Shown in pieces: positions 37,846 through 50,199 of a DNA stretch of 64,000 nt (position 1 is its first letter; the number at the start of each line of letters is the position of its first letter). Below the pieces are notes generated by a model that made no database searches, was not told the origin of the DNA, and worked only from the letters and a program-made list of their open reading frames with translations. Origin of the DNA: Felis catus (lineage: Eukaryota); assembly GCF_018350175.1 (NCBI RefSeq), contig NC_058368.1:189040001-189104000 (forward strand). Reading direction: 5' to 3'. A program made the position numbers and the translations under genes.

Positions 37846-40430
37846 ATGATCCTACTCCAGGAACAGAGGAGCACGGGGGCTTTAATTCCTATTTTGCATA
37901 GAGAAACTGAGGCCCAGGTAGACCAAGAGCTGTAGCTTATTTTCCCAGGACTCGCAGGTACTGGATGATGACTGGCAGGGCTTTCCCAGAGGCTGCACCT
38001 CTAATAGAAAAGATGCTGGCAGGGGCTGCTGTGGAGGTCAGGAAGCGAGGCAGAGTCCCCCACCCCCAGAGTTTTCCGGAGACTTCCTGAGTCTCTGACT
38101 AGCTGGTGACTCCTCCTCTTCCCCCTTTCATTTGCACAAGGCCACTGAGCTGTCAGGTAAGTGCAGCACTGGGTCTGATTCCAAAGCTTATGTTTTCTGT
38201 CAAGGAGAATCCACAGACTGGAACTGGCCATGTGAGTGACGTGAAAGACTTAAGAGGAGCTGCTTAGTAAGAAGATCCTAGTCATCATGAAGTAGGTACA
38301 CTGCTGGCCTTGGCTCTTGATGGAAAAACGAGCCGAACAGTCTCGAAGCAAAGGGCAGGTTCATCAAGCTGTCTAATACTAATACTAAAAAGGTGTGGAC
38401 AGCTGGTTCAGTGGTAAGTAGTACCACCTTTGTCTTTCAGATGTCCCCTTCCGCATATCACCCCCCACACTGGTCCAGGTCACAAATTCATAAAATGTTG
38501 TGACGGGACACAAAGAAAACAAGTTTCTCTCAGGCTTATGTGCTCCAAGAGCCCTTAGGAAACGAAGATTGTGGCCATTCACAAAATGTTTGGGAAAGGC
38601 CTCATGAATAGACAAAAGAGTCTTTGGAGAATTGGGCTCCCTGCGGAGACCAGAAAGTTCCTCCGGACTTGGGAGAGGCAAGGTGGAAGGGAAGCCATGA
38701 GGTAGAAATGTGGGGGTCCTGGTGAAGGGCTCTGTCCTCTGCTTCCTTGGGGTGCCCCGAGACCCCTGCAGGAGAAGGGCCAGTGGGGAACAAGGTGGAC
38801 ACGGAGCCCACAAGGAATGCCGGGGCTGAGGGGTGAGCCACCAACAAGGATGCATCAGCAGCAAGCAGCCTGCACCGCAGCTCCGAGAAGAGGCTGCCAA
38901 GACCAGAGAGCCGACCTCCCAGAGGTCTGGGAGCACTGCTGATGGCAGGGAACTGAAACTCCCCCTTGGGGAAGAGAGACCTAGGAAACCCAGCTCCACG
39001 GACATTAGGTTTGTGCCTCATCAGAATGGGATTTGAAAGCAAACTTAGTTTAGGAAAAGGGCAAGTTGCTGTTCTTGCACCCCTGAGAGCAGGGACTTCA
39101 AGGGGCCCCTGCTCTGCCATTTCCACAGGGCCTTGGGTGATTTCCGTCGTGAGGCTTGGCTTCTAAATGTGGACTCTCAGAGACTTTGTTCCCTGGGCGG
39201 GGAAGGAAACACCAGGACTCCTCCTCCAGTCCCGAGGGGTCAGGGGAATGGTCTCCAGGTCAATCTACACAGGAAGCGCCATTCCCAGAGTGGGGAGCTC
39301 CCAGGCCCCCCCGCCATCAGACTGTGGCCTGAACGCCCTCAGCAGGGGTGGGCTCTGTCAGGGGGGCCTGCCGTCCAATTTAAACTGAGTTTCAAGTTGA
39401 TTTTGGAGAAAATTTATACAGTTTACAGGCTTAAAGCGGTCGCTTCATCCCAGAGGACAGGTAGGCGAGGAGAAGGGAGCGGGAACGGCTAGCATTACGG
39501 AGAGGAGAGGGAAGCAAGGCGTCCCCAGGAGACTGGGAGGAATGAGCCCCCGAGATGCAAGGAGGGCAGATGACAATTGTCAGATGAGTTTCATCACTCA
39601 GCTTTGCCTCTACCTGCTCCCAGCTTCTCTGAACAATTGTCCTTTGGGGCCCTAACTTTCCCTGTTTAGTCTCAGCCCAAAAGTGAGTTGGCAGGAAGTT
39701 TGAGCAAAATTGTTTCGGGCATCCGGGAGTTATGCATGCAGGCAATGAAATGACATTGTTTCCGCCTTCAAAATAAATAAGAGGGTTTTTGGTCACAGAG
39801 AGCTCAGCACCGAGAACTCAGAAATGGCTGAAGCTTCAGACCTCTTGAGTCCCACATCCCCGGTGAGCAAACAAATCTCGGAGACTTGGGGGAAAATATT
39901 CCGAATAAAGAAGGTGCAGGAGTCTGAGGAGTTCAGGGCAGGCAATGGATTCTGTCAGCAATGTGAAACTCTTTTCACTTAGACTGCGTAATTACCATGG
40001 GATGGAAACCACTCCCCTTATTCCTATGCTCTCCTGCTCAACCAGCGAAGAGAACAAAATTCCCTTGGCTTCGCCTCCAATTCCTTATAATTTTCCAGAC
40101 TGCTCCACGACAGAATTGTGTGGTTCCAAATGGACAAAGCTTTGTGTTTCCCCTTCTGGTCTCTCTCCTCTCACAAATAAACGGATATTGTAAACACAGC
40201 ACCTTCGAAAACAAAGTAATGAAACATTCTAAATCCAGAAAAACAGCAACTGCAAAAGAAAATGCACAAAACTATTTGTTCATACTGTGCAGAGACTGGG
40301 AAAAAAGGGCAAGGCACATTCTCTGGGCAAAATTCGACCTCTGATATTTCTTAATCAGTGAATGCCTCCTAGGTCCAAGGTGGTAGCATTTGGTGCCGGT
40401 TATGTAGCTGCGGTAATGTCTTTTCTGCTC

Positions 40431-40433
<3 letters not shown>

Positions 40434-40462
<29 letters not shown>
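40434..40462. repeat. (AT)n microsatellite
   Basis: Read directly from the sequence. Confidence 0.9.
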
Positions 40463-40466
<4 letters not shown>

Positions 40467-43400
40467 TTTTAAATCAATGTAGCAATATATAATCCGGAAA
40501 ATGGGCAATCTAATGCCTATTTTCCCCTCTGTGCCCATGTGGCGCCACCACTAACTTGAAACCATGCTTTCCTCTTTCTCATGCCGCCCTGCAGATGAGC
40601 TATAAAATGACAGAGAGGCGGGCACATGTGCGTGCACGAGAAATGTGCTTTAAACATCTCAATATATTACCTGTCTGGCTCCGGCATGTGGCAAGCATGT
40701 CTACTGCTCTGCGGAGGCATCCCTCCCGCCCTGCCTGCCTTTGATATGCAAGGAGCTAAGGCCAAATCAGCCACTCTATAATTTCAATTGTAGGCATCTT
40801 TGGAGATGAGTGCTTTGGCAGAGAGGTGCCAGGGCCCCAAATTGGACTCCATAATGAAGCCCTCAAAGAGGAGCGATTTTGCAGAATTTAATGGGCTTTG
40901 GGGGACAATTTTACAGGCTGGTTTCCAGGAGCACAAATATTCAAATTGCTCAGCCCCTATTTGAAGGCACATCTGAAGCTGCACCCTACAACCCGTGTGT
41001 AGCAGGCTCTTTTGAATCTTGTCCTTGAAACAAAAAAAAAAGGGGGGGGGGAGGAAAGAAAGAAATGCAGTGCCCCCTGGGACTTTGCCAGCAGAGACGA
41101 CGGGTAAGTGCGGAGTGACTGCAAAGCCCTGCCAGGAGTCCTTGGGGCTGGAGGGAGGAAGTGGATGAGAGAGACCGGAGATGAGAAGGGCCTTCAGCAG
41201 CCATTGGGGAGGCGGTGGCGGGGGAGAAGAAAGGGAGACACGCACTAAAAACAACAGAAACACAGGTGGAAACGGCCTTGTGGGAAATCAGCCTGTCAAC
41301 AAACAAAGCTGGAGGCTAGAAACCGCCGCCTCACCAGCCCCGGCTCCTGGGCAAGGAGATCGTTCTGTAAATAAATTAGCGGTGGCTTTGACTGCTAGGA
41401 AATTAATACTGACACCATGAAAGCTGCAAATGACTCCCTTTTATCAGGAGCAGAAGCGCTACACTTCGCAAAGGGATCTCTTTTGCCATTCCGCCTTTTA
41501 TTTTGCTTTGTTTTCTTGGGGAAAGTAAATTAGAGCCACTTACATCAGCAGCTCAGGTTAAAGAAAGGGGAAGAAGAAAGAGAGAGAGAAAAAATAGTTT
41601 CATTTCATGTACCAGTGGTTTAGAACTTCATTTAGAGCTAATCACACCCCCATCCTCCTCCAAGCCATTTCTGACAACGACACAGCCTAGATTGCCAATC
41701 GGAAGACGCAGGGCCCTGATCTTCGCTGGAAACTCACCCAGGGGCTGGAGAGAGGGTCTTGAGCCTTCTGGCAATGGTTGGGCAAGCTCAGTTTCTAGAA
41801 AAGGCAATTAACTCAGGGCCAAGTAAACCAGGAACTAATTGTTAAGACCCACCCAGTGCAGACTTCTTTGAGAGGGTCTCAGGCATTTCCTTCAACTTGA
41901 GCTTTTCCTCCAGAAAGAGAGCTGCATTTTTCCCTTTGAGAAGATAGGAGTAGCTCCAGATTTATTAGGAGAAAGAAATTCCCTTTTGAATATGACCCAA
42001 TAAGGCAAAACCAAGGGCCCTGGAACTGTGGTCATGTTTATACTCTGGTAAGAAATCAGAATTTCTTCCATTCTACCCCAGTTCTGCCCTACTAACCACC
42101 CTTCTCCCCAAACAAAATAGACCAAGGATTTTAAAGAATTGGATACCTTTAGGAAAATCGGCCTTGTACAAATGTCTGTCATCCAATATCCTGTTAGTTA
42201 AAACTCTTCCTTAACAATTGCCATATTTTTCTGGTAAACTCAAAATTGATGGAAATAAAAAGGACTTTGAAGCCTCATAAAATTCTGGACTGCCAGAGGT
42301 GTAATTATTTGATCTGAGTTTATAGGAAATTACATGTTGTCTCTCTATGCCTTGGGAAATGATAATCCTTATATAAAGGCTATTGTGACTACATTATAGC
42401 CAGAATTCTAGATTAGTGAACATGAGGCCAACACCACCAGAAATCACAGACTTCGCTGCCCATTAATTCTTTAGTTGATATAGACACAAGCTTACGGGGA
42501 CACCTTTACTACTTTGTTACAGCTGCACTCCCAAGTAGATAAGAAACAAATATGAGGCGAAAGAAAACTCAGCCCTTGGACACTCAGCAGTGAAAAATGA
42601 TTTTTAACGGACACAACAGGAATCATCCTCAAAGCACCATTACAAATCAGTTGACTGAAGTGAAATAAAGGACTTCTGACTAGCTGCAGAGGCCCCTCAC
42701 ACCTGGAGCGTCTAGAAGCCACTCAGCCATAGGCAGTGCCAGATGTGACACAAGGAAAGCAAAGCAAAGAAGGTGGACCTTGTCAGGGATGCTGGGCATA
42801 TGAGTGGTGGGCCACAGTGACAAAACAAAGTGACCCAGGTTGCCACAACAGAAGTGGCACAGCTGGATCTCTCCATGTTCCCCAGATGCACACCGCAGGG
42901 CTCATGCCAGCGACGGCCTCACTTTCATATGAGGGCCCTACAATGTGTGTGTGTTGGGATCAAGGTGCCGGAAAGCTCTCCGGACAATTGCTTCGTGGGA
43001 AACAGACCAATCTGCCAAATGAGCAATTCTGAATAACCAGTTTGTCAAATTATAAAGTTTACAGAATTCATACCGCATGAGATGATTCCCACAGCCTTTG
43101 AGGATTTGTTTTGTTTTGTGTTTCAAAGTTTTCATTTCAGCAATTAGGAGAGTTGTCATAGATTGGTAAAAACTAACATGCATATAAAGCCACCCTTTGG
43201 AAAACAAATCAAGCCCACAAAAATAAAAAAGGATGCAAATTAGCACAGAACATTTAAAAGGCATATGTATTCTTTGTGTCTGAATGGTTGGGACATTTGA
43301 TACTTGAATTCCACAAGATACACACTTAATCAAGCTAGTTTAACAAATCATTGCATTAGGAGATACTGAAAACGCAGTAGACCAGACTCAGGAAAGGCTT

Positions 43401-43698
43401 TAGAACAGACTCTTACTATATCGTGTTTATAAACCTGGACTCACAGCATGCCCACTGCCACTAACAAAATACCGAAGGAATTTGTATCTGAAGATTCAGA
43501 GGTCCCAAAGAACAGGACATACGCAATTCTGAACTTTGATCTTGGCTGAATGTCAATGGCAAATTGGCTGGCTGACTCTTCCAGATCTGGTCTAAGGTAT
43601 TTGTTTGAGAGAGTCTGGTCACTTGATAACTTGTCAGTTCCGTCATTTAGTGAATCTGCTTTTGGAAGGTGGACCTAGAACCTTGGTCAGTGGTCCTT

Positions 43699-43904
43699 TT
43701 TTATTTTTAATGTTTATTTAGTTTTGAGAGACAGAGTGCAAGTAGGGGAGGGGCAGAGAGAGAGAGGGAGACACAGAATCCAAACCAGGTTCCAGGCTCT
43801 GAGCTGTCTGCACAGAGCCTGATGTGGGGCTCCAATTCACAAACTATGAGATCAAGACCTGAACAGGAGTCGGATGCTCAACCGACCAGGTCACCAGGCA
43901 CCCC
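43699..43904 (-). mobile_element. Can-SINE (feliform type) with target-site duplication
   Basis: tttttaatgtttattta...caggctctgagctgtctgcacagagcct...caggcacccc. TSD tggtcagtggtcctt (43684-43698) / tgctcagtggtcctt (43905-43919). Confidence 0.92.
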
Positions 43905-46900
43905 TGCTCAGTGGTCCTTAAATGCACAAGTACACATGTTGAAAGTAGCTGGCTAGCATAGGGTGGGGTGACAACCCAGTGTTCATTTAAAGGTATACAA
44001 GTAGCAAAATGCTATTGACTTTTAGAAGGCACTCTCACTGCAAGCTTTCATGTCATCTCAGCAAAGGATGGAAGAATGCCAAAGTTGTATTGAACTTAAA
44101 AGAAGAAGAAATGCACATTTGGATACAACTTGTAAAGCATGAAAATATTAATGGATAAGATAATACACAATACTTGTTTATCTACAATATGAGAATAGCA
44201 ATTTAGGCCCAGACGATTACACAGGATGCGTGATCTTCCAAGCTTTGGGGGGGACAGTACTAAAGTTGAGAAATATTTTCAACCGGTGCATAAAGGCAAA
44301 GGGCTGCTCTCCATTTTCTTCATGTTTTTTGACAAGCCCAGAGAGTCTTGGCCACTGGCTCTCCCAGAAGTGTCTGTGATTCCAACCACTCAACACAATA
44401 AAGACTGTCATTTGCCCGTAGAGCACCTTTGTGTAAATTAGAAAATGACACCTTTTCCTTGAAGGCACGTTATTTCCATGGCTCAGAAAATGACTATAAT
44501 ACACTGATTTTGTTCCAAGTGGATACTTTACTGCCATTTGCAGAAAAGTTGTCATCGTAATTTTACCAATTTGTGATATCGACTATGTGAATTGTGTTCC
44601 CTTAGATATGAAACCTTTGTATAGGGTGTAATCTGCCCAAGTATGTGGGGAATCGGACGTAGGGGCAGAATGTGGATCGGAAGACGGCATGCAGACACTA
44701 GGAGATGAACTGTAATGGAGGAGAAGAGCATCTGTAATTGGCCTGAGGACAGAGGAGGGCTCCAACTGGAGAGGATACTGCAAGTGCTTTTCCATTGAGC
44801 ACTGCTGGCCTAAAACAGGGTTCACACCTACCTCATTTCCTTTCAACCCTCTCCTGGATTACCCTTGTTCTGATTTCCTGCTCTGCTAATAACTGGACCT
44901 TTTAACCAGCATTCACTCAGTGTTGTTGTTCTCATCCCGTGCATTTTACAACAAAATTGTACATACTGGGGCATTCAAATGCATCTCTGGACTAATTCCT
45001 TCTGAATGTTAAGAGTCTACGTTCAGTTTGGTTTTAACAACATACTACCTTATATTGCATGTCAAGAATTCATTTGTGATAGTCTTATCTTTCTCTTGGG
45101 GGCAGGAATCATGTTTTATATATTTTTATCTTCTTCCCAATACTTACCTCAATTCAGAGCATATAAGAAATTATTTTAAGAACTTACTGAGTTAAGAATT
45201 CACTCTATGACAGTATTCTAAGCATGTCCCACTACTGTATGAAAGAGACTTGTACCAAAATATTTGTGGCAGATCTCATAATGGATCTTGCTCCTCTAGT
45301 CGGTCATGACTTGTAGATGAAAAAAAGTAGAATTGGATTTTGTCAGGATGCTCCAATATACTAATTTAGATCTAATTATACAGACAGTGAGGTTTAAAGT
45401 TTCCATAAATTCTTTCCCACCAGACTATACTCTCATTGTTTCATACTTTTAGAAGAAGTCCAGGGGAATTTAGTGGGATCCAAATAGAGACAAGTTCCTG
45501 GTGAACAGTTATGTGGTAATGAATCCTGGGACTTGATTTTTGCTCCATTGATGTCCTGCATGATGCCTTTTGAGGAATCCTGGAAGGACAGCTTATAGCT
45601 CTCCCAGAACGAAGAGTGATCAGAATATAAAGATGCGATCAATGGAATTTTGATATTGAATATATGGCTCTAGGAAAGGCACCTCCCAAGCCATATTCCT
45701 TGGGTCATTAGTCCCAGGAGGTCATCCGACTTGTCTCACTTTCCCCTACATGTGGGAAACATATGTAGTCATTTAAAGAAAACCAATACATTTGACATAA
45801 TAAAGGTTTAATTTGGTTTCATCCAGCTTTTCCCAAATATATTTGATCAAAGTACTCCAACTCCTTTTTGGTAATGTTCTTTATCATCTTCTAGAACTAG
45901 TGCTACATGGAATGTGCGTTGGGAAATAAAGCTTTGGAGAAAAGGGGGAGCGAAGCCAGATAATTTGAAGACAGCTAGCAAAGACTTTAATATACTTAAT
46001 TATTACTTATGTGAAATTTATATGCTAAGCAATATATACCTATATATGTTGTTTGTACATAGTTGGCTGATAAGAATTTGCAATGTATAGAGTAATCCAC
46101 AAATACATAATAAGACAGCCTAAAGATAAGAATAATATAAATAAGCCAAAAGGACAGCATCTAACTTTCCTTACACTTTTAGTAATAAGAAACAAATGTC
46201 CTCATAAAAACACACGAGTGGCACATTCAGTAAAGCATCCAGCTAGTCCACTGCTTTATTCTTCTGTAACATAACTAGGATGGCCCAACTGATCTCTATT
46301 ATTGACCAGAAGGCATCACATAAAATCAGGCAAAGTATTTGGGAAAGCCAGCATTCTAAGGATTTTACTCAAACCTTGATCCTAGATATACAATGTGCAC
46401 ATATGCAATGTAACTTGTATTATAAGAAGGTGAATGTTTAATATATGGAAGACAACAACAGATTTGCAGACAAAGTATCATTGGAATGATGGTAAAGTCC
46501 AAAGCACAAGGTCAAGAGTTCCTTTAGAGTTGTTAAATAATTGTATTGACGGAACAACTTTCAAACAAAATTGGAGCAAGACACAAAATTTATAGGGCAA
46601 CTTCCTTCTACATTGGAAAGTCTTAATGTGATAGACTTAGAAATCTGTGTTTTCCAGCCCTCAACATGATTTTCTCAGAAATCTGTATTTTCCAGAATCT
46701 GGAACAGATTCACTTGATCACCAAGTCAGGAAAAAAAGAACACCTTTGGCTGTGAAAGACAAGACATTGGTTGAGTCTAGAAAAAACAAGACAAACAGAT
46801 TAAATCTATTCCACTGAAACATAGATATATAATTTCTCTCCAGAGAATACCAAAGACTGACAAAATAAACAAAGAAATAACATGTTTCTTAACTTGTGAA

Positions 46901-47199
46901 ATGTGACAGTCAATGGCATATGGCAAAACAAAATGCAAGGAAACAATGTTACTGGTTTTCCAATGTTAGTAGCTACAGAGGAAGTGGAAGGCATATCTCC
47001 ATGCTAAAAGAAAGTGCTAAAAAGAAGTTGCTCTCACAAGTTCCTTTATAGGAGGGCTCTTCTTACTTTTACTATGAGCAGTACTCTACAGTTTGGGGAC
47101 AGGAAAGCCAAGATTGATCGAGTTAACTATTCAGGATTTTCTAAGGTATCTGCTCTGCCTGCAAACGTCCTCCTCCTAGTAACAAAACTGTTCAACAGG

Positions 47200-47720
47200 A
47201 CCAGAATTACTTCCACTTTCAGGTCATGACATAGGCACATGGCACAGACCTGGCCAGTGGGAACATCCCTTTGTTCTCTAGCTATAGTGATTGGTTTAGA
47301 GATGCACGCGGGACCTCTGCTGGCCAATGAGAATCACACACAGGGCATCTGCCAGAGCTAGTGGGAAAGAGGTGCTCTTTTTTCCTGGGGAGTTTGCTAC
47401 AGTAAGAGGCTAAAACCCTGCAGCAGCTGATAGCCACCGCTGTTACCATCCAGTAAGGTCTTGTCTGAAGAGAAGCTAAGAGGTGAAGAAAACAGAGCTA
47501 AAAATTACATAGAGATAGATTCCAGGTATTTTTTAAGTACATGAGTCCACATGATGAATTTTCATCTACATGAGTTAATAAACCCCTTTTTAGGTTTACA
47601 TAGCTGGAGGGTTTCCTTTTTCTTTTTTCTTTTTTTCTTTTCCTCTTCTCTTCTCTCCTCTCCTTTACTCCTCCTTCTCTTCCTTCGCTTCTTTCTTTGC
47701 CATGAGCAACCTAACAATAG
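47200..47720 (+). mobile_element. Old MLT1-type (MLT1K/L-like) MaLR LTR (approximate)
   Basis: agtgattggtttagagatgcac...ggccaatgagaatc...gggaaagaggtgctctttttt...tacatgagttaataaacccctttt. Confidence 0.55.
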
Positions 47721-48559
47721 AGAAGCTGAGCCAAGGCCAGTGGTTATATTGACTGATTTGGACAAAGAGCTGGTGACTATAATTCACAAGGAACAAATAA
47801 GAAATCTGTCCATATAATAATGACTTTTAGGGCTGTGCTCAAGGAAACATATTTATAAGACTGATGAATACTTGATGGTCAACATATAATGCTATGTGGT
47901 AATTGGTTATGAATTTTAAGCAGTTTTTATATTTTAGTATAAGTACTTCATATATATCATATATATGTTTATATGTACATAAATGCACTTCATATGTCCA
48001 TCTCCTATAATAATAATAATAATAATAATAGCTAAACATAGAAAGAACTCAATCAAAGTATCATATCCGTATGCCCAACTAGAGTAAACTCAGAGAAGGC
48101 AGGAAGAAATATGACTTCTTTCCCACTGGATCCCTACTGTCCATCACAGAACCTGGCACATGACTGGCTTTCCATTTGTGAAGGAAATAATAGCACTTCC
48201 TGTATTTCCTTTCACATGTTCAGATTTATCTGTACTCAGATCCAACAAATGTTGCCAAGTTCACTTTTCCTCAAGTGGGAAGAGGGAAATCAGTTGAAAT
48301 GTATTTTCATGTATATATTGGAAGACAGATAGTTAACATCCTCTACAGATAAAGACTCACTGGACTAAGGAGTGTGTAAGCAACTTGGAATGCTGGTAAG
48401 CAAAATTTTGTTTCAAGTGTGTTGAATAAAATATTAAATCTTCAGAGAGACCTACTTCTTTGAATTTTAGGGTTTGCTAAGATCTTAACCTAAAATCTCT
48501 CTTCTTAGTCCTTGAAAAAAACAAATGCTTCCTATAATATGTCAGCCTTCCAAAAAGAT

Positions 48560-49500
48560 CATTCAATAAATGAAGAGAAATGGTTATGTATTAGAAAGCA
48601 AAAAGTTATATTCTTATTTTGCCCCATTTACCAATGCATCCTCTAGACAGATGAGAAATTTAAATACAGAAATAAAGCAATAATTAAGAAATATAACTAA
48701 ATAAATTCTTTATGGAAAAATCATGACAGATTTGACTTGTACCCCCAAAACAGTATGAAGAAATCAATAAGCAAACAACAAACTGGGAAATATACTTTAA
48801 ATATGAAGTGAACAAAGGGGTTGATCTTCTAAACATGTAAAAAGAACATGAACATACAATTCACGAAAGAAGAAATATAAACGGCTGATACACATATGCA
48901 AACAATGTTCAACTCTTGCAGTAATAAAAATCACAAAAATAAATCAAGATATAATTTATTTGGCCCAGTTAAATGGAAAATATGAACAAGATTCATAATC
49001 CCCAATCTTGGCAAGGAAAATGGGCCCTTCCATAAAATTTGATTGGAGTACAGTTTCAGTACAGCTTTTTCTGGAAGATGATTTTAAAACATGTACTAAA
49101 GGCTTTAAAAAAGTTCACAATTACATTCCTCTTCACCAGCGATTCTATTCTTAGAAAAAAATTGAGATGAGTATGATGATTCATATTTTAACAATTCACA
49201 TAAAAGACCAAGCTAGAAACAACCACCATGCCCAACAATAGGGGACTGGTTAAGTAAATTATAGTCACAAGATTGAAGATGTTCTAGCAATGATATTATG
49301 TACTGATGTGGGAAGATGGTTGTAGCATACTGCTATGAAAAAAGCAGGTTCTAAAACAGAGAATATAGTACAATACAGTTTTTGTAAGAAAAAGAATACA
49401 TATATTCTGATATGCATAAATACTGAATGGAAGGGCATAATCTAAAATATTAACCATCATTTGGAGTTAATAGGTTAGTGGGACTATGGATGTTCTTTTT
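48560..49500 (+). mobile_element. Highly degraded old L1 (L1ME-like) fragment
   Basis: caaacaacaaactgggaaa...atgaacatacaattcacgaaagaagaaatataaacggctgata...tgcccaacaataggggactggttaagtaaattata. Confidence 0.65.
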
Positions 49501-49519
49501 CTTTGTATTAAAAGGTTTT

Positions 49520-50190
49520 TGAATGGAATATGTATGTTAACATATATACAGAAAAACACACACATGATATGTGTATTGTATGATGAATTTTCAGAAATTA
49601 AACAAACCTATGGAATCAAATCAAGAAACAGAATATTTCTGTACCTCCTGAATTCTTCTTCTTTCCCCTTCAGTCTATGATAATTCTTCCAATTGATTAT
49701 TATGGGTTCCAAAAGTACAGAATGTTTTTTTTTTTGTTTTATATATGTGAAATCATATAGTAGATACTCTTTTGTGTCTAGCTTCTTTCAGGCAACATTA
49801 TGTTTATAAGATACATCCAATTTATTGTGCCCAGCTATACTTTGTTTATTCTCATTGCTGTGGAATAGTCCATCATGCAGACATACCACAATTTACTTAT
49901 GTTTTAATTTACATTGGTCTCAAACTGAGAACTACACAAAGGGGATTTGTGTAGTTCTCAGTTTGAGACCACTGCAAATAGTGCTGCTTTGAATATTCTA
50001 AACCATGTCTCCTTATGAACATATGTACACATCGTTGTTGGATACATACCTAGGAATGGGATTGCTGTGTCAGAAAGCATAGTATGCTCAGCTTTTATAT
50101 CACCAAGCAGTTTTCTAGAGTGGTGTACCAATTTACTCTCCTACTATCAGTACAGGAGAAGTATGCCCTATTTATTATCCAACTCTTCAG
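49520..50190 (-). mobile_element. Old L1 (L1M) 3' fragment, antisense; hosts the perfect hairpin at 49915-49971
   Basis: gaaatcatatagtagatactcttttgtgtctagcttcttt...aaatagtgctgctttgaatattct...catacctaggaatgggattgctg...gtggtgtaccaatttactctccta. Confidence 0.75.
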
Positions 50191-50199
50191 ACAGTTGTG

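Noticed and set aside
38385..39126. Overlapping 206-aa and 174-aa minus-strand ORFs
   Set aside because: Low-complexity Pro/Ser/Leu-rich translations expected from GC-rich DNA; no domain or convincing exon structure.
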